A DNA stretch of 64,000 bases. Origin: Balanoglossus misakiensis. Taxonomy: Eukaryota > Animalia > Hemichordata. The notes under the pieces were generated by a model that made no database searches, was not told the origin of the DNA, and saw only the letters and a program-made list of their open reading frames with translations. Position numbers and translations under genes: made by a program. The stretch is from the NCBI GenBank assembly GCA_040954595.2, contig CM082577.2, positions 11,565,654 to 11,629,653 of the forward strand, written 5' to 3'. Shown in pieces: positions 40,368 through 51,880 of the stretch; position 1 is the stretch's first letter, and every line of letters begins with the position of its first letter.

Positions 40368-41374
40368 TGTTACGTAGGTTCAGTCGGCTATTGTTTTGTG
40401 ACCAGGTGTGTTTTTCGTGTGCTTTTCGTGTGCGTTTCGTTTGCTTTCTTTATTTGAATATTTAAGTGACCAGGTGTGATGAATTAATTTTTGGCTAGTA
40501 TAAAAGCCCGCTCGTTGCCACATTGTGGGGGTGGATGTTAATTTGACCTGGAGGACGTGCTGCTCGTTTGAACCGTCTTGGAAGCTGTGGCTGCTCTTCT
40601 GAACAAGTTGTAAGTCGTGCTGTTTCGTGTGGAGCGGACTTTTGAAGCGGACTTTTGTGGAGCAGACTTTTGCGGACTTTTGTGGAGTAGACTTTTGCGG
40701 ACTTTTGTGGAGCAGACTTTTGCGGACTTTTGTGGAACCAGTTGGAGCTGGACTTTTGCCTGGACCGCCGTGTCGCTGTGTCTACGCTGAACTGCCGCCG
40801 AGTTGGAGCTGTCGCTGTGTCTACGCTGAACTGCCGCCGAGTTGGAGCTGTCGCTGTGTCTACGCTGAACTGCCGCCGAGTTGGAGCTGTCGCTGTGTCT
40901 ACGCTGAACTGCCGCCGAGTTGGAGCTGTCGCTGTGTCTACGCTGAACTGCCGCCGAGTTGGAGCTGTCGCTGTGTCTACGCTGAACTGCCGCCGAGTTG
41001 GAGCTGTCGCCGTGTCGCTGTGTCTACACTGAATTATCGCCGAGTTGCTGTGTCTACGTGTCCTCCGTCAAGTCAGCGGAACGTTCTAGCGGACATTGGA
41101 CTTGTTCAGTTTCAGTTTATGCACACCTGGTCACGTTTAAAAAGGTAGTTCACTTGTTTCTTGTGTGTTTCTTTGGTTTATAATATTTAATGTTCACGAT
41201 TACTTTAGTTATTATTAAATTCGTTATAAATAAGGTGATTTGCTGGTTGTTGTGACTTTTGTTGACCAACTTTGTTGCGTGCGGCGCTGGTTTGGTTCCT
41301 TACAAAGTACGCCATCCGGCTAGTGTGTTTATTGCTCGCCCTGTTTCGGCTGGAACGGCCAGCGTGTCGTAACA
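40368..41374 (+). repeat. 5' LTR (1007 bp) with ~6 copies of a 39-bp repeat
   Basis: TGTTACG...GTAACA; TATAAAA at ~40499; repeat GAGTTGGAGCTGTCGCTGTGTCTACGCTGAACTGCCGCC. Confidence 0.95.
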
Positions 41375-41377
41375 AAT

Positions 41378-41395
41378 TGGGGGCTCGTCCAGGAT
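41378..41395 (+). promoter_or_regulatory. Primer-binding site for tRNA-Pro
   Basis: TGGGGGCTCGTCCAGGAT matches the canonical Pro PBS TGGGGGCTCGTCCGGGAT at 17/18 positions and starts 3 nt after the LTR. Confidence 0.9.
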
Positions 41396-41453
41396 CTATC
41401 CTTGAATTCATTCAGTGCGCACGGTCAACAACGGTTCACAATTACTATTCGTA

Positions 41454-42701
41454 ATGGCTTCCACAGCGGAGTTCAACGTAACTGAGTTTGTTAAAAATGA
41501 AAATTTAACTGTTGATGATTTACAACGTTTGCGAAAGGCTGAACTAAAGCAGGTAGCTGCTCATTTTGGTGTCAGTCTTGGTAGTAATGTAACAAAAAAG
41601 GAAATTATTGATAGTATTTCTGCTTTCCTTGGTTTGACTAAACATGGTATGCATAATGCTGAGAGTACTGAAGTGGCATTGGCAAAAATTGAACTTGAAA
41701 GAGAGAAATTAAGACTTGCTCAAGAAAGAGGAGAGGCCCAATTATTGAGAGAAAAAGAAAGAGAAGAGGCCCAATTATTGAGAGAAAAAGAAAGAGAACA
41801 ATTCGAGTTGAGGAAGTTAGAACTTGAACTTCAGTTAAGTCGACAGAATCATGAACCTGTTCAGAGCACTACGAGAAGTTCTGATTTTGATGTTACTAAA
41901 TATATTAAGTTGGTCCCAAGGTTTTCTGAAGCCGAAGTAGATACTTACTTTTTGGCTTTTGAGAAAATTGCGAGACAACTTAAGTGGCCAACTAAATTTT
42001 GGACTTTGTTGCTTCAAAGTGTGTTTGTTGGGAAAGCCCAGGAAGTGTTTTCTTCCCTGTCTGATTCAGATTCTGAAGATTATGAAATTGTCAAGAAAGC
42101 AGTTCTATCCGCTTATGAGTTAGTTCCCGAAGCTTATAGACAGAAGTTTAGAAATTTAAGGAGACAGACTGGACAAACCTTTGTTGAATTTGCAAGAGAG
42201 AAGGAAATTATATTTGATAGATGGTACCGTTCCTTGCAAACTGAAAAAGAATTTAATATACTGAGGGAGGTAATACTCATGGAGGAATTTAAGAACAGCA
42301 TCCCTTTGGACATTAGAACCCATATTGATGAACATAAAGTTACAGAACTAAAGCGGGCAGCCGTTATTGCTGATGATTATGAGCTTACTCACAAGAAAAG
42401 TGGTAGTAGCTCACCTAATTATAATAGGTATGGTAATAAACCTTTCACTAATTATGCAAAATTTGATAACAGGGTAAATCATCCTAGTCCAGACAGAAAG
42501 GGCCAGTCTGTTGCTGCTAATAAGCCACCTGAGATTAGAAGGGGTCCTGTCTGTTTCCATTGTGGTAAAGTGGGGCACATTAAGTCTCAATGTTTTCAAT
42601 GGAAGAAGAGTAACCAGAGGGATAGTAAACCTGTGGCTTTTGTTAATACAAATGTTGATGTCTGTACTGATAGTCACATAAATAATGGGATTTTGAAATA
42701 G
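41454..42701 (+). CDS. gag: Gag protein (coiled coil, capsid/SCAN-like region, CCHC zinc knuckle)
   Basis: Uninterrupted ORF with LVPRFSEAEVDTYFLAFEKIA, AYELVPEAYRQKFR and CFHCGKVGHIKSQC. Confidence 0.92.
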   Translation: MASTAEFNVTEFVKNENLTVDDLQRLRKAELKQVAAHFGVSLGSNVTKKEIIDSISAFLGLTKHGMHNAESTEVALAKIELEREKLRLAQERGEAQLLREKEREEAQLLREKEREQFELRKLELELQLSRQNHEPVQSTTRSSDFDVTKYIKLVPRFSEAEVDTYFLAFEKIARQLKWPTKFWTLLLQSVFVGKAQEVFSSLSDSDSEDYEIVKKAVLSAYELVPEAYRQKFRNLRRQTGQTFVEFAREKEIIFDRWYRSLQTEKEFNILREVILMEEFKNSIPLDIRTHIDEHKVTELKRAAVIADDYELTHKKSGSSSPNYNRYGNKPFTNYAKFDNRVNHPSPDRKGQSVAANKPPEIRRGPVCFHCGKVGHIKSQCFQWKKSNQRDSKPVAFVNTNVDVCTDSHINNGILK

Positions 42702-42920
42702 CCATGTTCATGATGTTTGGGATTTTGAAATAGCCATGTTTGGGATTTTGAAATATTGAAATAGCCATGTTTGGGATTTTGAAATATTGAAATAGCCATG
42801 TTCATGATGTTTGGGATTTTGAAATAGCCATGTTTGGGATTGTGAAATATTGAAATAGCCATGTTTGGGATTTTGAAATAGCCATGTTTGGGATTTTGAA
42901 ATAGCCATGTTTGGGATTTC
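42687..42920. repeat. Minisatellite (GGGATTTTGAAATAGCCATGTTT and variants) at the gag/pol deletion junction
   Basis: About 8 variant units of 23-40 bp. Confidence 0.9.
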
Positions 42921-42941
42921 AACACAGCTTTGGTCATATCT

Positions 42942-43106
42942 GTCACTGTTTACACAGATCACAACCCACTTGTATTTCTTGACAAGTTCAAAACAAAGAG
43001 TAACAGGTTGTTTCGCTGGAGTTTGTTGCTTCAGCCTTATTCAATTAAAGTCGTACATATTTCTGGAAAAGAAAATGTCATTGCAGATGCACTATCCAGA
43101 GTTTAG
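42942..43106 (+). pseudogene. pol: C-terminal RNase H remnant of pol
   Basis: Translates as VTVYTDHNPLVFLDKFKTKSNRLFRWSLLLQPYSIKVVHISGKENVIADALSRV*. Confidence 0.9.
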
Positions 43107-43240
43107 AATGTATAACCGGATAGCTTTTTGAAATGATTCTTGAATGATTCTTGAAATGATGTTTTTGAAATAATTAACATATGTGATTACCCCTTGAAAA
43201 ACGTCACCATGGTAACGTTTTTCTTTTCTGAGGGGGGAGG

Positions 43241-44325
43241 TGTTACGTAGGTTCAGTCGGCTATTGTTTTGTGACCAGGTGTGTTTTTCGTGTGCTTTTC
43301 GTGTGCGTTTCGTTTGCTTTCTTTATTTGAATATTTAAGTGACCAGGTGTGATGAATTAATTTTTGGCTAGTATAAAAGCCCGCTCGTTGCCACATTGTG
43401 GGGGTGGATGTTAATTTGACCTGGAGGACGTGCTGCTCGTTTGAACCGTCTTGGAAGCTGTGGCTGCTCTTCTGAACAAGTTGTAAGTCGTGCTGTTTCG
43501 TGTGGAGCGGACTTTTGAAGCGGACTTTTGTGGAGCAGACTTTTGCGGACTTTTGTGGAGTAGACTTTTGCGGACTTTTGTGGAGCAGACTTTTGCGGAC
43601 TTTTGTGGAACCAGTTGGAGCTGGACTTTTGCCTGGACCGCCGTGTCGCTGTGTCTACGCTGAACTGCCGCCGAGTTGGAGCTGTCGCTGTGTCTACGCG
43701 GAACTGCCGCCGAGTTGGAGCTGTCGCTGTGTCTACGCTGAACTGCCGCCGAGTTGGAGCTGTCGCTGTGTCTACGCTGAACTGCCGCCGAGTTGGAGCT
43801 GTCGCTGTGTCTACGCTGAACTGCCGCCGAGTTGGAGCTGTCGCTGTGTCTACGCTGAACTGCCGCCGAGTTGGAGCTGTCGCTGTGTCTACGCTGAACT
43901 GCCGCCGAGTTGGAGCTGTCGCTGTGTCTACGCTGAACTGCCGCCGAGTTGGAGCTGTCGCCGTGTCGCTGTGTCTACACTGAATTATCGCCGAGTTGCT
44001 GTGTCTACGTGTCCTCCGTCAAGTCAGCGGAACGTTCTAGCGGACATTGGACTTGTTCAGTTTCAGTTTATGCACACCTGGTCACGTTTAAAAAGGTAGT
44101 TCACTTGTTTCTTGTGTGTTTCTTTAGTTTATAATATTTAATGTTCACGATTACTTTAGTTATTATTAAATTCGTTATAAATAAGGTGATTTGCTGGTTG
44201 TTGTGACTTTTGTTGACCAACTTTGTTGCGTGCGGCGCTGGTTTGGTTCCTTACAAAGTACGCCATCCGGCTAGTGTGTTTATTGCTCGCCCTGTTTCGG
44301 CTGGAACGGCCAGCGTGTCGTAACA
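43241..44325 (+). repeat. 3' LTR (1085 bp) with ~8 copies of the 39-bp repeat
   Basis: Near-identical to the 5' LTR and 78 bp (2 x 39) longer. Confidence 0.95.
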
Positions 44326-44952
44326 CAAGTCATTACAATAGTTGGTAGAATTGGTAAAACAAGAGAAGTGAAGGGGGTCAGTGGTATGGGGGTGTCCCCC
44401 ACATTATAAAATTTTATATAAAACAGAGTGTATACCAATCATTTAGCTTGTTTAAAATGGATTACGGCCGCGGGAAAAAGTAACTCACAGTCACGAGGGG
44501 GTAAAAACGGCTGCTATGGCCCGAATATAGGCCTGGCCATAGGTGTTTTATAATAAACCTCATGAGAATTTAGCGGGAAAGTAAAATTAAGCAATAACCC
44601 CCGACACAGGCGGGTAAAATGGTGATTTGGGTAGAATTCGCGACATATAGAACGAGCCATCGTTTATGAATAAATTAAAATAAATAAAGAAATCCGTGAA
44701 TAAAATAAAATAACAAGTCATTACAATAGTTGGTAGAATTGGTAAAACAAGAGAAGTGAAGGGGGTCAGTGGTATGGGGGTGTCCCCCACATTATAAAAT
44801 TTTATATAAAACAGAGTGTATACCAATCATTTAGCTTGTTTAAAATGGATTACGGCCGCGGGAAAAAGTAACTCACAGTCACGAGGGGGTAAAAACGGCT
44901 GCTATGGCCCGAATACAGGCCTGGCCATAGGTGTTTTATAATAAACCTCATG
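44326..44952. repeat. 388-bp tandem duplication; the first unit is split by two insertions
   Basis: 44326-44562 is repeated at 44714-44950, and 39642-39787 is repeated at ~44564-44709. Confidence 0.85.
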
Positions 44953-47900
44953 CGACGCTGATTGACGGGACCCGAGTCTGTGAACTCATGTTGGTCACGT
45001 GACCGGTTTATATTTTTTTTCTGCTACAGTATTTCTCTGATGATTCATAGTCGATTCTGGCGAATCACGACACAGTATTAGCATGAGGCATATTATAATG
45101 ATAAATTTTAACTACTTTGATGTTTGTGAAACAGAGATCTTTCAACTGAAACAATAATATTTTCCAACACAATTTCCCTATAAGCAATGAGCTACGGTAT
45201 CGTGGACCTAACAAATCTGTTGTTTTTTTTTCAACAAACTTTTCAATTGTACTGAACTATACAGTTAAAGAGAAGTCGCTGAACGCGCTTTGAACTATTT
45301 TGGGATAATTGCATACCGATAAAATGCTTACAAAACGATTAGTATTGTATTTTAATGTATTTTATTTATTGTCGTAAAACGATGATCCTATTACAGCTCA
45401 ACAGTCAAATAAACATTACAGAGTACAACCACGCAGAAACAAAACAAAAACCACTTCACAAAAATGACAAAAACATATCAGGGATTAAGTTTCCTGATGG
45501 CCATTGGCACAAAGCTGTTGCTGAACCTCTGAACACTTGAGGCAACGATATCTACGACCTGAGGGTAACATAATGTTGATTTTCAAAGCAGGAATACAAT
45601 GGATGGTTTACATCAGCTTTTCTCAGTGTTCGTTGTACTTGGGGAGAATGTGGTATATTTCTGTCATTGTTTGACCGAAAAACTAAACAAAACAAAATGA
45701 TAAATATATCGAGTGTGTAGTCTACATGTACTGTGCTGAGAGTTTTACAGAGTTTACTACCATGCAATTAGCCGCAAATTGTTCCAATCGTATAACTGGC
45801 ATCTGGTTTTCTTTGTAATATTTTCCACTACATTTTACCAAGGGATTAACCTTTTAATCCGGTCTGTTATCAGATTACCATCACATCTGCTCGCTCGTTC
45901 AATTAACTGGAAATGTCGCGTTATCATCTGAATAACCACAAAACTACTGAACAGAAGTGAATTTTCCCTACTGATATAATATTCCCATGCGTGCAGGTAT
46001 TTATCTATAGATCTAACACATATAGAACCATTTGTTGTTATAAGATAGCCAGAAATGCTGTAGAAATCTACCGAATTCTATACGGAACTGCATTGACTTG
46101 CAGCATTTATTGCATTTATTGTATAATTATTATATTGTGATATTTTACACAAATTTTGACAAAAATGTTGAAGATGAACACAAAGTAGTTGCGATCACAT
46201 TACCTTCACGCATATGTATCGTGTGCATTATCGACATTGTACTTTGTGTGTTACTGATTGCAATCTTGCGTGAAGACGTCTATTTTTGATATAGACGTCT
46301 ATTTCCTAAATCTACAATTATACGTGTCTTGGATGTTTCTCTGCATATTCTCGACTCCTGCAGTTTTTCAAATAATAATGATAAAAATACCAAAAAAGAA
46401 CAGTCGTCGGCGTCTTCACTTTTATATTGATACATAAAATTTGTTTGATATTTACTGTAGAACAGATATCCACTGTAGCTGGCAAGCTGTTGTCTATCGG
46501 CTAACCTAAAAAGCAAGCTAGGGCCGTCAGCTGTGTCAAACGTACAATACTTCCTGAACAATTATCGTCCTCAAAAGTGTTCAATTTCCCCGAGATGTAT
46601 TTTCACATAGAACAATTACCATGATTTTTTTACATTTTTGAAGGGCGGTGATTATCTTATGCGCATGTGCCAAACCAGAGACTGAGGTTACAAAAAATTC
46701 TATACAGTCGACGTCATAAGGGAGTGTGCTATCCTAACAACATACAATAAGGTGGCGGCGACCACAGTCTGTGTCGGAGATCGGGAAAATATAGCAAATT
46801 GGATGAAAAGAAGGGACAAAATAAACTATACGTATACACGGCGTGCATGAAATGTGGTAGGAAGCGTTAGCAGTCCACTATTTGAATGCTAAATTTGCAG
46901 AACTTATTTTGGTAAATTTAGTATTTTAAACCCCAAATAAACATACTTCGGTACTGCATCGGCTGAATCATTTAAAATATTAATACACCGGATTTAAAGT
47001 AAAGTACCATTTTAAGGCAAAAATTGGGCGCCAACTAAAGCAACACAGATTGTGCTAGCGATGACGTCACCGAAACATGTTGCATGAAACTTTAGGGCCA
47101 CTAGAAAGGACTTCATTATGTGTACTGCAGTCATGCAGTAGGCAACACAACGTTACTGTGGTTCTTGGGGCAAGCGACTGGTGGATCTACAGTAAGTATA
47201 TTTTCGATGTATTAGCAATAGGCTTACATTGTGTTTGACATAACACGGTTTCTTCGTGTCAAATGAACATATTTTGGCATTGACCACTCAGAAAACGATT
47301 TTTCGATGTAACACTAACTCATAGCGCTCTTCATAAATATATGTAATGAAAGGTGAAATGGTACCATGGAGTATTTTCCGCAGAAACATGATCACATAGA
47401 AGGAAAGGCATTGCTTGTGTTTCTCAACACCACTCTGTTATCTATAATTTCATTGTAAATTGCCAGTTTTTGAGAAATGGCGAGAGATTTAAAGCCCCAT
47501 GAGCTGTCAAATTTCACATATTTTTATCCACCTTGAAATACTTCAAATCTTCTCAATATCCTTTCATATCTTTACTATTATGCCATATTACTTGTATTTG
47601 CATCAAATTGTCATCTTTTGACAACGCATGCCACGATAGTCTGTGCGCTTTGTATGGAGGCTGATTAAACAGGTGCGGCACCCGTTTAATATTATATCAG
47701 TTCTTCAAATTGCAATTGCAACATACAGCCACACAATCGGGCGCCTATGTTCATGTATACCTATCAGTTACCTTATTTAGATGGGTCAATCTAGGTTGGA
47801 ATTGTAAAATCATGAAAATAATGCAAAAAAAGTGGCAGCTGTCGGGGCTTATTAAGTAATGGCAAAGGTGCGGGATTTTGCGAACTCCGTTGAGGTGAAT

Positions 47901-48249
47901 GACTACCAAGATGCAGTGCGTGGCTATCACATTCCTCGGCCTTACACGTGGAATGTTGAGAAAACAGTGTTACAGTATTGGTATTTTCTTGACATTTTCA
48001 CAAAAGGTGCCAAAAGAGGAATATTATTAAATTATGCTAGAAGGGGCACCTAGTATTCTCTCTGTATTTGTTTTCAACATTCATTGACACACAATTTATA
48101 TACGTGTATATTAATCGGGGAAATGACAATATTCTAACTTTTGAGTATTCGTCTACCTTAATAACATCGATAGGTCCTACTCAATCTTACATTCTGCTGT
48201 GGCTGTTCATTTGCAGGTTAATTCAATATTTCAGTCTGCAGCTCGCAGG

Positions 48250-50785
48250 ATGCCTCGAACACGGCAGAAGTGTTTACTATCCCTTGCATGTCTTCTGGTC
48301 ATATGTTTGATATTCTTCGAGTATCATATAGATACTGACAACGGTAAGTTTTTCACCTCCTACATCCAAAGGTTAGAGTTACCGGGGCTTTCAGGGCATA
48401 CGACCACCTCTTGCGGTTATTCACATGGTGCGCATGCGTGGCGTAGTATTCATATCCTGGGCACTGCTGTCATAAAACACATACATATCGACGTACACGT
48501 TGTTAACGCTTCATTAGCTGTAACTCTTTGCTATGATTTCGGTGCTTTTGTTATGCTTATCAACACAACCAATATGCGTATATACTCAGCATTGTTATTG
48601 AGAAATATTTGAATTCAACTCCGGACTAGAATTTATTTGTCAACAATAAAAATGGTCGTCACGCACGCACACACACACAGGCTATGTAGACAAGTGGAGA
48701 ACTGGGTATATTACCATGCTCTCTGGAGGAGAAAAAAGCAATGGCATCCGATACACAAAACAAAAATACGACAAAAAAGGCAAAAGCTAAAGTTAATGTC
48801 TATCACTTTTATGTTCACCATCACCACACCGGTTGGATGTGGTCAGATCTTCCCCACAAACTCAAGAGTTCACACGACAGGGAAACCTCTCACATGAGTG
48901 AATTCGCCAACACAACGCCAGACAGTGGCGGAATTGGGACAGGGAACCAGACTACAGGTGAAGGCCGACGGGAACATCTGGAATCCAACATAACACAGGT
49001 CAGTTATTACTTTCATTAAGGGGACAAAGGCTCTCTCTCGCTGCCCATTTCCCATTAAAGGTATACGGTCACCCATGGAAAATTAGCTATAGTTACCATA
49101 GCAAAATGAGATCTAGCCAATCACAGATTTTCAGTGGGTGGCACACGCGAAAAAAAGAGTGCCACCATATGTTCCTTAGAACGCTCAAATACTCCATTTC
49201 AGCCATATATGGGTGTTTGTAAATTGGAGGTGACTGTATACCTTTAATTATGTTTGATACAAGACACTGTTTATGTTAATGTACATGTGGGTAGATATTG
49301 CATCAACGTTCAACCAGACACACCTTCCATCCTTTATGGTTCACATTACGATACATGTCAAATGTGCATTTTAATAATTATTGGTACACATACAATGTGA
49401 CAGACTGCTACCAAGGTAAACTTAAGATCATTTGAAAATATGACGTGATCACGCGCACAGAACGTGATCGCTCACAATCTCTCTGAATTTGCCGTATATG
49501 TTTACTTATGGTTTTGAAAACATTTTTTACAAAGTTCTTCAAAAAGCGCTACAAGTCATGTTTTCTATGCCGTTGCTTAGTTTCCCTTGCCTGAGTTCTA
49601 TCGCGGTGCATTTTACTGTAACTGTGGATCCCTGAAACAAAGCGAATTCATATTTTCTAATAATCCTAATTCAAGCAATGTGACCTGCTCCAGCTGGAGT
49701 AAACACGTCATTGAAAATCAACAACCATAGCAAAAGAATACAATTCGTCAAAATCCTCACTAGAAAAAAATTGTGATATTTTTGCAGGATTTAAAATTGT
49801 ACGTTCCAGTTTCATATTCAGCAGCGATTTTTGTATGCTCTATTAGCTGTTTTTAACACCACCATCACATTAAAGCTTGCTGGGCGTGGCATGGTCACTG
49901 CTTGACATTTACATAATTTAACAACATGCAATTTGATTGGCCCAACAGACGCACACTAGAGGAAGATTGACAGAATCGGATATACATCGAATTGAAGCTG
50001 AACAAGCCAGAAGAAGATTGGTGATAAAGAAGGTCTGCGAAGAGGCGAGACAAAATGGTAGTTTCCTGGGTAGCAGGGGGGATTTCATGGTTGTTGATGA
50101 GTACAAGTTGCTCTACTGCAACACGGCGAAGGTGGCCTCCACATCATGGACGCGTGTACTGTTTGTGCTTTCTGGGAAAGTCGACTCCATGCAAGAATTG
50201 CTTGAGAGACAAATGAGCGTCCATGGAAATAAATTAGCAGCCTACAAAGGAAGCGACCGAGACCACATGCCGCCATACTTCACCTTCATGTTTTCCCGCC
50301 ACCCATTCTCAAGACTCCTGTCTGCCTACAGGGACAAAATTGAAAAACCCGGGTGGTACTTCAGATCGACCAAAATAGAAATCATCAGGACATACCGCAA
50401 GAACCCCTCAAACCACAGTCTACAAACAGGCGATGGCGTCACATGGGAGGAGTTTGTGAAGTACATCACCAACGGCAACCCAACATCCTTCAACCACCAT
50501 TTTCGACCGCAGTACCTGTACTGCGGACCCTGCACCTACAAGTTCGATTTCTTTGGGAAAATTGAAAATATCGCTGAAGAGAGCGAATATGTTCTACAAA
50601 AACTGAACGTCAGTGCTGACGTCACGTTTCCATATGATGAACGAAAGACGAACAGCTCAGAGGATGAGATTTTACACTCCTATTACAAACGACTCACCGA
50701 TGATCAATTGGAGACATTAAACAAAATATACGAACTTGACTTCAAGCTGTTTGGATACGAATTTCCTTGGCGGGTCTCGGGCTAA
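48250..50785 (+). CDS. Type II Golgi carbohydrate sulfotransferase (Sulfotransfer_2; CHST11/HNK-1ST-like)
   Basis: Exon 48250-48343 is a signal anchor (CLLSLACLLVICLIFF). Stem exon ~48847-48998 has an uncertain acceptor. Catalytic exon 49949-50785 has 5'-PSB YCNTAKVASTSW, 3'-PB FSRHPFSRLLSAYRDK, HFRPQYLYCGPC and YELDFKLFGY. Confidence 0.88.
49016..49335. mobile_element. Partial 31336-family MITE interrupted at a TTAA by a second TTAA-TSD MITE (49059-49243)
   Basis: Inner element TTAA|AGGTATACGGTCACC...GGTGACTGTATACCT|TTAA; the host sequence resumes TTATGTTTGATACAAGACAC. Confidence 0.8.
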
Positions 50786-51310
50786 AGGTTGCATATACAG
50801 TCAAACCTGTGTTAATGGCACCTCCTTATAGAGTTGCCACGTTGTTACAAACCCTGTGCAATGTAGATATGCATTAATTGACCTATCTATAAAGGAAGTC
50901 TCTTGACTGGGCACTATATACAGGTTTAACTGTAATTAAGAATACAATACAGCATAGTAGATCACTACTGTATAAATTTTGAGTATACAATATAACCTTA
51001 TTAACATAACAATAATTGATATTGTTATGCAAATTTACCACTACTATTTCATAAATTCCTGGGGTGAACACAAATTCAATTCTTTGATTTGTTAACAAGT
51101 CATGTAATTTAAAAGTTCTTGGGTACATTCATCGTAAGCATGAGCTGGTGAGCAAAAACATGAAATACATATTCACAAATTATCTTATTCGCATCTTGGT
51201 TTTAGTTACCATGGATCATCGGACTGAAAGATTTGAATCCCCGGGGTAGTATTATTAGCAAATGAAAATATGGTAAGTAGTATAGGTTGGAGCCGTAGCA
51301 CTCGGATTTG

Positions 51311-51572
51311 GGGAGGATGAGGAGCTGAGGAGCTGAGGAGCTGAGGATGAGGAGCTGAGGAGCTGAGGAGCTGAGGAGGAGGAGCTGAGGAGGAGGAGCT
51401 GAGGAGCTGAGGAGGAGGAGCTGAGGAGGAGGAGCTGAGGAGCTGAGGAGGAGGAGGCGGAGGAGGAGGAGGCGGAGGATGAGGAGCTGAGGAGGAGGAG
51501 CTGAGAAGGAGGCGGAGGAGGAGGAGGAGGAGGAGGAGCTGAGGAGGAGGAGGAGCTGAGGAGGAGGAGGAG
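51311..51572. repeat. Purine-rich (GAG)n/(GAGGAGCT)n low-complexity repeat
   Basis: Visible directly; lies immediately left of the Harbinger element. Confidence 0.9.
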
Positions 51573-51880
51573 GCAGACATGGTCCCCTAAGTTGGTGGAA
51601 AATTGAGATATGGCTAAGTATATATGGAACGTGCTTTGATTGGTGGACTTTCTGCAAAGCATGATGTTGGGAGGAGGCAGAGGAGGCAGTGGAGGTGATG
51701 TTGGGAGGAGGTGATGAGAGGCGAAGGAGGCCTATCACCCATCACCAAGTTCGATTGTGACCCGAGTAGCGACCCGAGTAGCTGCCGCTGACGTCATCCC
51801 ATTCTAGTTCGCATGCGCATAAGCGTAACCCGGGAGATTTCAAACGAACGATACTAGCGTAGCAACCCATGTAAACAAAT

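Larger units (their letters stand above)
40368..44325 (+). mobile_element. Non-autonomous Gypsy (Gmr1-type) LTR retrotransposon with intact gag and deleted pol
   Basis: TG...CA LTRs at 40368-41374 and 43241-44325; 4-bp TSD CAAG; PBS; polypurine tract AGGGGGGAGG at 43231-43240. Confidence 0.95.

Noticed and set aside
40627-44134. ORFs with CRCVYAELPPSWS repeats
   Set aside because: They are translations of the 39-bp LTR minisatellite, which stays open because the unit is a multiple of 3.
51202-51738. Ser/Pro/Leu-rich ORFs
   Set aside because: Translations of a low-complexity GAG repeat, with no splice or domain support.
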